Shown: positions 40,834 through 51,971, numbered from the stretch's first letter. The stretch is 64,000 nt of DNA from Phycisphaerae bacterium (GCA_963666835.2 CAXXGO010000006.1:2496001-2560000); one strand, 5' to 3'. The notes: generated from the letters alone by a model not told the origin. Numbers and translations: made by a program.

Positions 40834-43800
40834 ATGATTGCGGCACATGGGAATCGAGTGATGCACGGAAAGGTACGGCTATTGCGGTGGTTAGCGATTC
40901 CAGCGATTGTTGGAATCGTGGGTCTGCTGGGGGCCGTTCCGGCGGCGGCAACGGATGTGCTGCCGGGCTCCGATTTGTTCCTCAGTCCGGCCCCGCCCGG
41001 GGGACTGGCGGGGGCTACTTACGATGACCTTGGCAACAGCCCTTTACCCGCGGATTTCTTCGGGCCCGGGTCGGATCCGTTCGACGGAGTTATCCACCTC
41101 GAGGGTCTGCCGTTTTCGGTGGCCGGACCGTTGGGGTTCGAGACGGCTGACACGATCGTGGAGCGACTGACTACGGCCGTACTACCCGATGACTACACGA
41201 GCGAAGATACCGTGGATACGGTGATGGTGGCGTTGAGTTTGGCAAGCACCTCGCCGATTACCGTCACTTTCGACGGCGGGCCGGACACGTCGCTGTATGA
41301 CGTCCAAGTATGCCTGTCGAGCTTCACCCCCCAGCCGGGGGGATGGATGACAATACGGCATCTCTGCCCGGAGGGGGGTAAGTTCGAGTCGTTAACGCCG
41401 GTGATTCCGCGACTGATCTTCACCAAGGTGTCGGGCAGTTCAGGCGTATCCAACGCTGTTTTGGATCCTGCTCCGCAATTGGATTTCGTTGTAACGGACG
41501 GGTGTTGGGCGCACTCCGCCCCGGTGAGTTTTGGCGTCTACAAGACAATCGGGGGCGTGGCGGACCATGATTGCGATGGGGTTTTCGACGCTTATTACCC
41601 GGCATCCAGCCCCGATCCGAACGGCTTCGTCGTGGGCGTGTGCATGTTGCCCTGTGATGACAGCGGTACGACGCCCGAACCGCGCAAGCGGATGACTGTC
41701 GAGGAGCAGCTCTGGGCGTCACACGGGATTCTTCCGGCGGAGGAGGAAGGGCTGGATACAGAGGGCGACGGCGTACATGATTTGGGTGATAATTGCCCGG
41801 AGGACTTCAATCCGCTGCAGACCGACAGTGACAACGATACCGTCGGCGACGATTGCGACAATTGCGTAGACGACTACAACCCCTTCCAGGAGGATACCGA
41901 CGAGGACGGCATCGGCGATGCGTGCGACATTGGCCCGTACGACGTCCTGCCGGGGTACGATCTCTGGGTGACGCCCGACGAGGGTTCGTATCTCGAGTTT
42001 GGGGGAAGTACGCCCAACCCGCCTATTCCTGCCGACTACTTCTGGCCGGGCTCGGACCCGTTTGAGGGAGTAATAAACCTCGTCGGGGATCCGATCTTCC
42101 CCGCATTATACGGCGATGTTTCTACGATTGTGGAGCGACTCGAGCGCGCGATTCTGCCGGATCCCATCGGCTCGTCGGATACGATAGACACGCAGCTTAC
42201 AGGGCTCCAGCTCCGCAGTGCCGCGCCGATTACGGTTACGGGAGTGGGCGGTCCCGGGGAATACGATGTCATGATCTCGTTGGACCCGGGCATTCCGTCT
42301 ACCGGGCAGATGACCATCCACCACGAGACGATCGAAGGCGGCACGTACGACGGCGTGTCATTCCAGGTGTACGTACAACTGGATTTCATGGCCCTGAGTG
42401 GTCCCGGTGGGGACGTCACCGCTCCACCTGAGTATCCGTACCTGCTGGAGGGGATTGGGCCATACGGTTGGCAGCATGATCCCCCGTTTGAACCGCAGTT
42501 GCCCGGTGCCGGGCCGAACTTCTTCCCGATCGATCCGATGAGTGACCTGACTCTGTACTGGCCCTACGGTCCGCCGTGGGAGCAGGTAGGGGCGCATGGC
42601 GTTATCCCACCGCCTTTCCCCGATGGTTGCTGTCTGTCTGATGGAGTGTGCGTGAACGTCGACCCGACCGACTGCGTGATTATGGGGGGTACTCCCCAAG
42701 GGGCGCTTTGCACCGGTGAGACGGAGGCCTGCTGCTTCGTCGCGGACGGAAGTGGAACATGTCTGGACGTCGACCCGCTGTGTTGTGATGACTTGGGCGG
42801 GGTTGCTCAGGGAGCCGGATCGTTCTGCGCGAATTCGACGGTGGCCTGTTGCCTGCCGGAGGGCGGTTGTGTTGATGCGGACGCGACGTGCTGTGATGCC
42901 CTGGGTGGAGTCCCCTCGCCGTACGGCCACGCGTTCTGTCTGGGGGATAATGACGAGCCGCCCAACGGGATCGATGACGCTTGCGAACCGGAACCACAAC
43001 CGGAGCAAGCCTGTTGCCTGCCGGACGCAACGTGTGCGGATGTGACTCACGACTCCTGCGTTGCGCAGTTCGGCGACCCACAGGGCCCGGGTACGACTTG
43101 CGATGACGTTTCGGTGGTCTGCCATCCGCTCAAATGGTCGCAGCCACCGACGTTCAACTCCGACTCACCCGTTCCGGAGTGCTTCTGGGGTTGGGACGAA
43201 GTGTCGTATTATGGTCAGGCCGATTGGCCGATAGTGGCGGACGATTGGGTTTGTATTGGTCCGGAGCCCGTGGCGGACATCCACTGGTGGGGGTCGTATC
43301 TTAACTGGGATGAAGCGGTTCCTCCGGCGGACGCACCATTTTTCTTCTACATTGGAATCTGGGCGGATGACTCGAGCGGACTGTTCGGTCATCCGGGAGA
43401 TTTAGTGTGGCAGTGGGTAGCGGCTCGAACATCTCTCAATGAAAGAGCGGTGGCCTGCGATTTCCATCCCGATTTCCTGACTGCGCCGGAGAGTTGTTTC
43501 AAGTATGACCTGGATATCCCGGAGGCTGAGTGGTTCTATCAGGCCGGTGGGGCAACCGTCTATTGGTTGAGCATCTCGGCGGCGGATATGCCGGGAGCCC
43601 ACCCGTGGGGCTGGAAGACGCGCGAGCATTACTTCGGAGATGACGCCGTGCGGATCGTCGATCCGGTTGCGCCGGGGATCGGAGATGCGTATGTAGCCGG
43701 TGAGCCGATCGAGGACGGCGGAGGGGCTACGTGGGATATGGCGTTCGTCCTGACGACGGCGGAGACATGCCCAATCGCCAATCGGCCGCTACCGGAGCCA

Positions 43801-44820
43801 TATTCTGAAACCACATGCATCCTGGATTCGGATTGCGATAATGAGGCGACGTGTATTGGTGGGACCTGTTACGTGCCGAAGAACCGGTACATTTCGTTCG
43901 TGCCGAACAATGGCAGCGCTTCGGTTGCCGTCCGCGTGACGCATGTCGGCAGTGGGCGGCAATGGTGGGTGGATGAGCCCCTTCTCGTTGAGCCGGGTGT
44001 GTGGGTTGCCGGCCTGGTAAGCGATCCGGTGTGGCGAGCCTGGCCTGAGCCGGTGGTCCACGTTGCGGGTTGTGGTACGGCTCCCGTCGCTCTTTATGAT
44101 GTTCAGGCGATCGATGCGGCATGTGATCCTGAGAACGAAAGCAACTACTCGCCGGCGTTGTCGTTGCCGACGATCGCGCAGCCGATCCCGAAGCACTGGG
44201 GCGACTGTGTGGGTAACTTCGCCGGGACGTGGAGTCCGCCCAACGCGGTAGTGAGTATGGATGACCTGATGGCGGCACTTCAGAAGTTCGGGTCAGCGCC
44301 TACTGCTCCACCGCTGGTGTGGGTCGATGTAGCCGGAGAGGAGCCCAACGCGATCCTCAATATGACGGACATTCAGCAGTTCGTCGGCGCGTTCAAGGGG
44401 GAGGCGTATCCGTTCTCCGACCCGGCGGAGTGTCCCGCGGACCCCGAGGTGTTATCCTATTCGAATAGCGGGTGTCTCTCCGGTGGCTCAATGGTCATGG
44501 CGAGCGACGATCCCTATCCCTTCTGTGGCGATGATGTGGTCGTTTTCACCGCGGTGGAGGGTGGTTTGCACGTATTGCATCAGAATGTGACCTATAACTG
44601 CTGCCCGGATGACATCATCATCACGCTGTCTGTGTCGAATAACGATCTCCACCTGACTGAGGAGGAGATCCTCACGACGCCGTGTGATTGTCTGTGTTGT
44701 TACGATGTAGAGGCGAACATCGGCGGGCTATCGCCGGGCACCTACAACGTCGATCTATGTTGGCAGGATGCGGAGACCGGCGGCGAGATGTGTGTCGAGG
44801 ATATCATCGAGATTCCGTAA
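40834..44820 (+). CDS. Large multidomain secreted protein (duplicated N-terminal domain, TSP3 repeats, xxCC Cys-rich repeats, dockerin-like region)
   Basis: AAGGAG SD; signal peptide; two PADF/YF.PGSDPF.G domains; DGVHDLGDNCP..FNP.Q.D TSP3 repeats; GCC/ACC repeats; VADDW..IHWWG domain; WGDCVG. Confidence 0.85.
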   Translation: MIAAHGNRVMHGKVRLLRWLAIPAIVGIVGLLGAVPAAATDVLPGSDLFLSPAPPGGLAGATYDDLGNSPLPADFFGPGSDPFDGVIHLEGLPFSVAGPLGFETADTIVERLTTAVLPDDYTSEDTVDTVMVALSLASTSPITVTFDGGPDTSLYDVQVCLSSFTPQPGGWMTIRHLCPEGGKFESLTPVIPRLIFTKVSGSSGVSNAVLDPAPQLDFVVTDGCWAHSAPVSFGVYKTIGGVADHDCDGVFDAYYPASSPDPNGFVVGVCMLPCDDSGTTPEPRKRMTVEEQLWASHGILPAEEEGLDTEGDGVHDLGDNCPEDFNPLQTDSDNDTVGDDCDNCVDDYNPFQEDTDEDGIGDACDIGPYDVLPGYDLWVTPDEGSYLEFGGSTPNPPIPADYFWPGSDPFEGVINLVGDPIFPALYGDVSTIVERLERAILPDPIGSSDTIDTQLTGLQLRSAAPITVTGVGGPGEYDVMISLDPGIPSTGQMTIHHETIEGGTYDGVSFQVYVQLDFMALSGPGGDVTAPPEYPYLLEGIGPYGWQHDPPFEPQLPGAGPNFFPIDPMSDLTLYWPYGPPWEQVGAHGVIPPPFPDGCCLSDGVCVNVDPTDCVIMGGTPQGALCTGETEACCFVADGSGTCLDVDPLCCDDLGGVAQGAGSFCANSTVACCLPEGGCVDADATCCDALGGVPSPYGHAFCLGDNDEPPNGIDDACEPEPQPEQACCLPDATCADVTHDSCVAQFGDPQGPGTTCDDVSVVCHPLKWSQPPTFNSDSPVPECFWGWDEVSYYGQADWPIVADDWVCIGPEPVADIHWWGSYLNWDEAVPPADAPFFFYIGIWADDSSGLFGHPGDLVWQWVAARTSLNERAVACDFHPDFLTAPESCFKYDLDIPEAEWFYQAGGATVYWLSISAADMPGAHPWGWKTREHYFGDDAVRIVDPVAPGIGDAYVAGEPIEDGGGATWDMAFVLTTAETCPIANRPLPEPYSETTCILDSDCDNEATCIGGTCYVPKNRYISFVPNNGSASVAVRVTHVGSGRQWWVDEPLLVEPGVWVAGLVSDPVWRAWPEPVVHVAGCGTAPVALYDVQAIDAACDPENESNYSPALSLPTIAQPIPKHWGDCVGNFAGTWSPPNAVVSMDDLMAALQKFGSAPTAPPLVWVDVAGEEPNAILNMTDIQQFVGAFKGEAYPFSDPAECPADPEVLSYSNSGCLSGGSMVMASDDPYPFCGDDVVVFTAVEGGLHVLHQNVTYNCCPDDIIITLSVSNNDLHLTEEEILTTPCDCLCCYDVEANIGGLSPGTYNVDLCWQDAETGGEMCVEDIIEIP

Positions 44821-44989
44821 CGGTTGCCCGAGAAGACGCGCGCCCAGCGCTTGCGAAAGGCCGCTACGGTCGGTGAGTCTGGTTAACCGACCGTGGCGGC
44901 CTGTTGTACGGCCCCGGTCTCTGTCAGACGAGCCGGCGCGTTCGAGACGTTGTTGATGGGATCGATATTTGAGAGGTATGCGACGACTC

Positions 44990-46711
44990 CTACAGTACTA
45001 TGACGCCCCATTCCACGACGGTGAACCCTTCACGCACGAACGCGTCGCAGTTGGGAGGTGTGGGGATCGTTATACGATGGTCGAGCGGACGAATCAGGAG
45101 GATGGCTCTCAGGATGCTGTCTGGTGACGGTGTAATCGTGAGCGTGGTGACCGCTTCGGCATTCTGCGGATAAACCGCGTACCAGGCAGAGCCCTCGAGA
45201 ATCGGCACCCAGTGGTTTACGAAGTCGTCAATCTCTCGACCTTCAAAACCCAGCTCCGCCAGCAGAGTTCGAAGCTCAGCTTCCAGCTTCTCCCCTCGAA
45301 GTACCCATCCGGTTTCACGATTGAGCGGTACGGACACCATTGCCTCGTAGAATAAGTACCCGTATACCCCGTTGATCGTGCCGTCGGGCCGGGCGTGCAC
45401 TTGCCAGCCGGCTTGATACGGCGGCTGCGAATCGGTTATGTAGCCGCCCGACGGCACACCGACCGAGACGCTCATGTCCATTGTGGTAGTCGGGTACAAA
45501 TAGAGGTTCGGAGCATCGGCTTGCGCCGGTTCCGGGAATTGAAGATCGTAGTAATCCACCCCGGACGTATTAGTGACGTCAAAGGACACCGGGAACTTCT
45601 CGTCGTCATTGAACTGGCAGTAATCAAAAGCTAGGGTATAGTCTCCTGGGGGTAGACCGCTAAGGCCGAACCGTCCTTGCACATCGGTTGTTGTTGTCGC
45701 GGAGAACGTGTTTGCAGAATTGGTGATTTGGAGTGTGTGTTCGGCCACCGGGCTGTCGGCAAAGAACCCCTGCGTTCCGAAGATCGTGCCGGCTACTGCC
45801 TCAGCGTGATCCGGTACGGCGTCAAGGTCGATGGTGATAGTCTCTCCCTTCACGCATTTGTAGAGCTCGGTATAGAATCCTGTGGCCGTGGCGTAAAGGT
45901 AGTAGGCGGGCGGATCGCTGTACGGCATCTCCTCTTCAATATCGATCGTCACGGCACCCTCCGTTTCGAGGGTCTGCGTGTCGAGGAGTTCGCCCCAGCC
46001 GTCCGAGTATATGGCCAGGGCGATATCGGTTGCGATACCATCCTCGGGGATTAGGTCCACCGGCTCGTTGACCAGGGTGTAATGGCATACCCGGATGCCG
46101 GCTTCGTCCGTGTCGGCACAGGTGTCCACGGTGTTCTCGTCGCCGTCATCACAATCGGCATCGACGTTACACATGCGGTCGCATCGTTTCGCAACTTCGT
46201 TGCAAACCTCGTCCTCAGCACACGGCGATCCCGAGCTTCTGCAATCGGCGGGACAGCGATCGACCGTGCAGTGTTCCTCGCCGGTGCAGAACAGACCGTC
46301 ATCGCATTCAGTGTCGTCGACGCACAGCGGTATACACGTGTCGAAGGTGCAGGTGTCCGTGGCGGTAACCCCGTCCGCGGTGGTAGCCGTGAGCGTAACG
46401 ATAACGCTACCCGATGCGTCTTCGGAGGGCGTGACTGTCGGCTGAAACGTGTCGCCGTTTATGATCTCGCAGCAGTCGGCGGACGTCTCTATTGACACGT
46501 CAGCGCTTTCGGGAACTGTGTTAAGTGCAAACTCGACGGATCGGCCGATCGGAAGACCTTCCTCCGGGCAGCCGTTGATCTGCAGCTCGAGTTCGGCAGT
46601 TTCGCCGCCGAAGATCGTTTCGAACAGCGGAAACGTATCGCAGGCGGCTGATCCGGCAAGCAGAACTCCAGACAGAAGCAACTCGACGACTGCGGTTACT
46701 CGGCGGCCCAT
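44990..46711 (-). CDS. Lipoprotein with Cys-rich repeats, carboxypeptidase-regulatory-like domain and C-terminal PxxYLYP domain
   Basis: Lipobox SAAC; CDDGLFCTGEE; TTTDVQGRF.L.GLPPGDY; APNLYLYP...GFTVVEWG. Confidence 0.75.
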   Translation of the reverse strand: MGRRVTAVVELLLSGVLLAGSAACDTFPLFETIFGGETAELELQINGCPEEGLPIGRSVEFALNTVPESADVSIETSADCCEIINGDTFQPTVTPSEDASGSVIVTLTATTADGVTATDTCTFDTCIPLCVDDTECDDGLFCTGEEHCTVDRCPADCRSSGSPCAEDEVCNEVAKRCDRMCNVDADCDDGDENTVDTCADTDEAGIRVCHYTLVNEPVDLIPEDGIATDIALAIYSDGWGELLDTQTLETEGAVTIDIEEEMPYSDPPAYYLYATATGFYTELYKCVKGETITIDLDAVPDHAEAVAGTIFGTQGFFADSPVAEHTLQITNSANTFSATTTTDVQGRFGLSGLPPGDYTLAFDYCQFNDDEKFPVSFDVTNTSGVDYYDLQFPEPAQADAPNLYLYPTTTMDMSVSVGVPSGGYITDSQPPYQAGWQVHARPDGTINGVYGYLFYEAMVSVPLNRETGWVLRGEKLEAELRTLLAELGFEGREIDDFVNHWVPILEGSAWYAVYPQNAEAVTTLTITPSPDSILRAILLIRPLDHRITIPTPPNCDAFVREGFTVVEWGVIVL

Positions 46712-46764
46712 GTTAATCTCCGTACAAGTTGGTTGTCGTTCGGCAAGAGAATCCACATATAGCT

Positions 46765-47409
46765 CTACTTCCGCGTGTACGTAATCTCCAGGACCTTGAA
46801 CTCGGTGCCGGTGCTGTCCGGCTCATACAGTTCGAGAACGTGCTTGTTGTCGTCGACCAGCCGGGTGACCCCGCGGCTCGTGCGCATGGAGCCGGACCAG
46901 GGATCGCCGTGGCGGCCCGTGAATGTGATTACTTTGCACTCGTCCTGGCAGATGCCGAAACTGCGCGTCATGGCGTTAGACGTAGTGTCGACCCAGACAG
47001 ACGTGTATTTCTTTTCAAACGTATCGTATCCGTAGATTGCCAAGGCCTGAAAGGGCATCCCGAGATTGCCGCCGTCGAACTCCTCGAGAACGAAGCGATT
47101 GCCGAGAATCCACTTGCGTTCACACGTGCCCTCGGATTCGACGACGGGCGACTCGGAGTTCATCCGGTATTTGATGGCGGTCTTCCAGCTTCCGACGAGG
47201 CGGCGGAGGACCTGATGATGTTGCCCCGGCATGGCGTACTCTACCCACGTATCGATCATCGATTCACTGTCGCATCTCGGTTCCTCGACCTTCTGGGTTG
47301 GGCTCGCGGGACGAGAAACGCTCTTTGGCTCTTCCGAAGTCAGATCGCCGGCAGGCACTGCCGTTGCCCCGATCAGCAATATCGCCGCAAGCAGCATTCT
47401 GAGCATCAT
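46765..47409 (-). CDS. DUF1579-like secreted protein
   Basis: PGQHH..L..LVGSW, WILGNRF, GYD...KYTSVWVD, EITYTRK. Confidence 0.82.
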   Translation of the reverse strand: MMLRMLLAAILLIGATAVPAGDLTSEEPKSVSRPASPTQKVEEPRCDSESMIDTWVEYAMPGQHHQVLRRLVGSWKTAIKYRMNSESPVVESEGTCERKWILGNRFVLEEFDGGNLGMPFQALAIYGYDTFEKKYTSVWVDTTSNAMTRSFGICQDECKVITFTGRHGDPWSGSMRTSRGVTRLVDDNKHVLELYEPDSTGTEFKVLEITYTRK

Positions 47410-47686
47410 GGTTTTGGTCCTTTCTTGCTCTGCGGAGCGGTCGTTGTCTCGAACGACTCGTCTGCGCGGTCATTATACCACAAGTCTTAAGGTGGCGGGG
47501 GAGCGGTCTGACGAGGGCAGCATCACGATTGAGCGAGTTGGACGTTGGATCGGCTCTTGGGCTTCGGCTACACTTGACCCGTGTGGTTGCCGCCTCTGGT
47601 TGCTTTGTGCTGCTGGCGGCAGTTGTAAGAGTCTGCGGCCTGTGAGTGAGCTTCCGCCGAGCGTGAGCGCTGCCTGGACTGATAAG

Positions 47687-48829
47687 ATGAGTGAAGGACC
47701 ATCCGCAAACGATGTCTCGGCACCGCCGGACGAGTTGCGCGCCAAACGGCGGCGGGCATTGAAGTGGGTGGCCGTGAAAGTGGCTGTGGCGCTGCTCGTT
47801 GCGTGGGCTCTTGCGTGGCACATTCGGGGTCTGGGGCGGGAGTGGGCGGAACAGGAGGAGTTTCTTGACGGGTTGTCCGTTGGGTGGTCCTGGGTTGGGC
47901 TTGCTCTGTTGGCGTACGGTGCCGGACAGTTGTGTTTTGCGTGCTTCTGGGGGCGTCTGCTACGCCGCATGGGCGTATCCGCCTCTTGGCCCGACGTTCT
48001 TCGATCCTACGCGATCGGCACTCTGGGGAAATACGTGCCCGGCAAGGCCCTGGTTGTCATCACCCGCACCGCGTTGCTCGGGAGGCAGGCGGCGGGGCAT
48101 TGGCACGTTGGTATGACTGTCGTTTACGAGACCCTTGCAGTAATGGCCGTGGGGGCGTGGGTCGCTACCGCCTGCCTGGTGCTGGCGACGCCCGGTGACT
48201 GGTACTTCTGGTCTTGTGCCGGCGCGGTGGCAGTAGCGTTCTCCGGCGCAGTGCATCCGGCGGTGTTCGGTCGGATAGCCGGGCTGGCCGCCCTGCCGTT
48301 TGGCGGGGTGAGGAAGGAGTTTGCGGCCGTCGAGTGCTGGGCCGCGCTGGTGAGGTGGAGTCCGCTGTTGATCGCAGGGTGGTTTCTGGCGGGGCTGAGT
48401 TTTTGGGCCGCCGCCTCCGCGATCGGCGTCGATTGCGCCTCTGTAGATGGGTTTCTTCTGATCGCCGCTGCGGCGGGTCTGGCTACAACGGTGGGGTTTC
48501 TGGTCGTGTTCCTCCCGGCCGGTATCGGGGTGCGCGAACTCGTGATTATTCAGCTTCTGGCTCCGTGGTTCGGCCGATCGATGGTAGTAATATCGGCCCT
48601 GCTCCTGCGGACCGTATGGACGATGGCCGAGTTGGGGATGGCCGGGGGGCTGCATTTCACCTGGCGGTTTGCGACCCGGGCGGATGCAGGTGGCGATTCG
48701 CGTGAAAGTGCGGGTCCTCCGGTTGATCTTCCAAGAGAAAACCGGCAAGCTGGCGGTCGTTTCCGCGACCCGGCAGCCGATTCTCCTGCGGCCAAGGTCG
48801 TGCGAGATTCGGAGAACAGTACGGCATGA
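47687..48829 (+). CDS. Lysylphosphatidylglycerol-synthase TM / flippase-like membrane protein
   Basis: LGKYVPGK, PAGIGVRE, about 8 TMs; coupled to GT2. Confidence 0.82.
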   Translation: MSEGPSANDVSAPPDELRAKRRRALKWVAVKVAVALLVAWALAWHIRGLGREWAEQEEFLDGLSVGWSWVGLALLAYGAGQLCFACFWGRLLRRMGVSASWPDVLRSYAIGTLGKYVPGKALVVITRTALLGRQAAGHWHVGMTVVYETLAVMAVGAWVATACLVLATPGDWYFWSCAGAVAVAFSGAVHPAVFGRIAGLAALPFGGVRKEFAAVECWAALVRWSPLLIAGWFLAGLSFWAAASAIGVDCASVDGFLLIAAAAGLATTVGFLVVFLPAGIGVRELVIIQLLAPWFGRSMVVISALLLRTVWTMAELGMAGGLHFTWRFATRADAGGDSRESAGPPVDLPRENRQAGGRFRDPAADSPAAKVVRDSENSTA

Positions 48830-49872
48830 CGAACGACGGACCAGCGCGAGAGTCAACCGCCGGGGGGGCGTCGGCACCCGCCGCGTGTGATCTCTCCGTC
48901 ATTGTGCCCACCTACAACGAGGTCGAGAACGTCGACACCCTGCACGCGGAGCTGACCGAGGTCTTGGGCGGCGCCGGACTCGACTACGAAATCGTCTTCG
49001 TGAACGATGGGAGTACGGACGGAAGTCTGGATCGCCTCACGGCGCTAGCACAGCGCGATGAGCGGGTCCTGGTTGTAGAGCTCAGGAGAAATTTCGGGCA
49101 AACCGCGGCCATGGCCGCGGGAATCGCGCGTAGCCGGGGAAGTGTCGTCGTGCCGATCGATGCCGATCTTCAAAACGATCCGCATGACATTCCCTTGATG
49201 CTGGCCCAACTGGAGGGTCCTCCGGCTTTCGATATCGTGAGCGGCTGGAGGCGCGACCGCAAGGACAAGTGGCTGACCCGACGGGTCCCATCGCAGATGG
49301 CCAACGGCATCATTCGGCGCGTGACCGGCGTACCGATCCACGATTTCGGCTGCACCCTCAAGGCCTATCGCCGTGAGGTTCTGGATGAGGTGAGCCTGTC
49401 CAGCGATTTGCATCGCTTCCTGCCGGCGCTGGCCTCCTGGCACGGGGCCAGGACCACCGAGATGGTCGTCAATCACCGCCCGCGGGTCCACGGCCGGACC
49501 AAGTACGGGTTGTGGCGTACGTTCCGGGTCGTACTCGATTTGGTCACCGTGAAGTTCCTCGGCACGTATATGACCAAGCCGCTCTACTTCTTCGGTAAGA
49601 TCGGTCTGGTCACGTTGATGTTCGCGATGCTGTTGCTCGGGGTGGCGATCGGCCAGAAGTACGGCTACTTCGGGCAGCCGGCGGGCCTTCATCTGAATCG
49701 CAATGTGCTGGTTTCGCTAAGTGCCTTGCTGGCCTTCTTGACCGTGCAATGCGTGCTGTTCGGCGTTTTGGCAGAGCTACTTACGAGGGTCTACCACGAC
49801 ATTCGGGGCCGGCCGATTTACCGTATTCGTAGAGAATACGGAGCGACGTCCGGTCGTGAGACCGACAAGTGA
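48826..49872 (+). CDS. GT2 polyprenol-phosphate glycosyltransferase (ArnC/GtrB-like)
   Basis: SVIVPTYNE, NDGSTD, RNFGQTAA, DADLQNDP; two C-terminal TMs. Confidence 0.92.
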   Translation: MTNDGPARESTAGGASAPAACDLSVIVPTYNEVENVDTLHAELTEVLGGAGLDYEIVFVNDGSTDGSLDRLTALAQRDERVLVVELRRNFGQTAAMAAGIARSRGSVVVPIDADLQNDPHDIPLMLAQLEGPPAFDIVSGWRRDRKDKWLTRRVPSQMANGIIRRVTGVPIHDFGCTLKAYRREVLDEVSLSSDLHRFLPALASWHGARTTEMVVNHRPRVHGRTKYGLWRTFRVVLDLVTVKFLGTYMTKPLYFFGKIGLVTLMFAMLLLGVAIGQKYGYFGQPAGLHLNRNVLVSLSALLAFLTVQCVLFGVLAELLTRVYHDIRGRPIYRIRREYGATSGRETDK

Positions 49873-51971
49873 GCCGCACCCGCCAGGAAAAAGCCGTGGG
49901 CAAACCTGCCAGTCGCCACCGTCACGAAGATCCGTTGGTAGATCCTCCGGTGAAAGACGCTCCCCCGGTTCTTCCCGCAGGCGCTTTCAGGGGATGGAGG
50001 CTCCCGGCGGTCATTGCTGCGCTTTTGGCGGGAGTGTTCGCTCTCGCATTGACTTCGGTTGTTGGTGATAGCATCAACTTCGACGAGACCAGCCACTTCA
50101 TTCGCGGCTTGAGTTACCTGCGCACGGGCGAGTTTCATCTTCGACCGGAGCATCCTCCGCTGGCGGAAGCCTGGGCAGCCCTGCCGGTTGCGCTGGTCGA
50201 TTACCAATGGCCGCCCCCCGACACGCCCGGCTGGCGCCGCGGAAACTACTGGCTGTTCGGTCGGGCTTTCCTCTTCGGGTCCAATGACGGAGAGCGGTTG
50301 ATCATCGGTCCCCGTATCATGGTGATCCTGCTGTTGTTGGCGACCTGCCTGACTATCTACTTCATGGGGCGGGCGGTCTTCGGGCCTGCTGCGGGGCTCT
50401 TAGCTTTGGTTCTTGCCGCGCTAAGCCCGACCCTTTTGGCGCACGGACGTTTGGTGACGAATGATCTGTCCGTCACGCTCTTCTTCGTGCTGACTATGCT
50501 GATGTTCGCCCGCCTCGCACGGTCCGTAACGTGGCCGCGACTGGCGGCCGCGGGGTTATCGCTGGCGGCCTTGAGCCTGACCAAGTTCTCCTGGCCGCTG
50601 GTTGCGCCGGCTTTGATCGTAATGGCCGTCATGGTGATTGGGCGCAGGCAAGGACTCCAGGTCCACGTGTTGCGTTCGGTTGTCGGCCGTTTCGGGTGCG
50701 AAGCTCAGGGGGGCGTTAGCCTTGCCGGGCGGGTTCGGCGTGCTGTCGCCTTGGTGGCGATCATCCTGGTTGTAAGCGCAATAATGTGGGGAGCAATCTG
50801 GTGTTTCTACGGATGCAGGTACGCCGCGATGGTTGACGACAGCACGCATCAGCCGGTGACGGGTGTCGCGCAGACGCGAGGTGCGGATCAGCCCGAGAAA
50901 CCGGTCGATTGGGATTACGTGTTGCTCGATGGGTCCGGGGCTCCCATTACCGGGTTTGTGATGGATTTCGTGCGTTGGGGGCGCGATCATCGGATCCTGC
51001 CGGAGGCTTACCTTTATGGCCTGGCGGTGACCGGAAGATCAGCCGAAGCCCGCCCCGGATACCTGAACGGCGAGTATTCTCTAACCGGCTGGCGATCGTA
51101 CTTTCCGATCGCCTTCATTATAAAGACTCCGATAGCGATAATGCTGTTGGCCGTGGGCGGGCTTCTGGCAGTATTCACCGGGCGGGTGAGTTGGCGTGGC
51201 GACCCAGTGCTTCTCGTCGGCCTGCTCGTCTTCGCGTTCACCTATGCCGTAACGACGATTCTGAGCAACTTCAACATCGGACACCGTCACATCGTGCCGC
51301 TCTACCCGGCGCTGGTTATTTTGGCGGGTGCGTCGGCCGGTTGGATGACCGTTCGGACGGGACGTCGCCTGGTCGCGGCGGCGGTGCTTTGGTTGCTGTG
51401 TGCGAACCTCTGGATTCACCCGCACTATTTGGCGTATTTCAACGAACTGATTGGCGGTCCGAGCCGTGGGCATCTCTACCTGGCCGACAGTAACATCGAC
51501 TGGGGGCAGGATATTAAGCGCCTGGCTAAGTACGCTCGCGCTCATCCCGACGAGGCCATCAAGTTGGCCTATTTCGGAAGCGGAGATCCCCGACGGTACG
51601 GCTTCCCATGCGAGATGTTGCCCAGCTTTCAGCCGATAGGCGGGCCGGCTGGTTTGACTGCGGGTACGTATGTGATCAGCGTCACCCAGTTGCTGGGCGT
51701 GTACGATTCCCGCTTCCGCGACTCCTTCTGGGATCAGGACAAGCTGGCGGCTTATCGGCGCTGGCACGAGCAAGTGAGTCAGTCTCCGCCGCCGGGTGAG
51801 AGTGCCGAGGATCGAGCTCAGCGTCTGGACCTCATCCGCCAATTCGACGTTATCCGGCGAGCCCGGCTGATTAACCGGCTTGGTCACCGGGAACCTGACG
51901 ACCGCATCGGCTATTCGCTGCACGTCTTCCGCTTGACGCAAGATGATGTGGACAGTCTCACCTGCCCGTGA
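49869..51971 (+). CDS. GT-C (ArnT/PMT-like) membrane glycosyltransferase
   Basis: FDE..H, EHPPL, P..LAHG.LVTND, TKFS, NIGHRH, YLAYFNE, DSNIDWGQD. Confidence 0.85.
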   Translation: MSRTRQEKAVGKPASRHRHEDPLVDPPVKDAPPVLPAGAFRGWRLPAVIAALLAGVFALALTSVVGDSINFDETSHFIRGLSYLRTGEFHLRPEHPPLAEAWAALPVALVDYQWPPPDTPGWRRGNYWLFGRAFLFGSNDGERLIIGPRIMVILLLLATCLTIYFMGRAVFGPAAGLLALVLAALSPTLLAHGRLVTNDLSVTLFFVLTMLMFARLARSVTWPRLAAAGLSLAALSLTKFSWPLVAPALIVMAVMVIGRRQGLQVHVLRSVVGRFGCEAQGGVSLAGRVRRAVALVAIILVVSAIMWGAIWCFYGCRYAAMVDDSTHQPVTGVAQTRGADQPEKPVDWDYVLLDGSGAPITGFVMDFVRWGRDHRILPEAYLYGLAVTGRSAEARPGYLNGEYSLTGWRSYFPIAFIIKTPIAIMLLAVGGLLAVFTGRVSWRGDPVLLVGLLVFAFTYAVTTILSNFNIGHRHIVPLYPALVILAGASAGWMTVRTGRRLVAAAVLWLLCANLWIHPHYLAYFNELIGGPSRGHLYLADSNIDWGQDIKRLAKYARAHPDEAIKLAYFGSGDPRRYGFPCEMLPSFQPIGGPAGLTAGTYVISVTQLLGVYDSRFRDSFWDQDKLAAYRRWHEQVSQSPPPGESAEDRAQRLDLIRQFDVIRRARLINRLGHREPDDRIGYSLHVFRLTQDDVDSLTCP

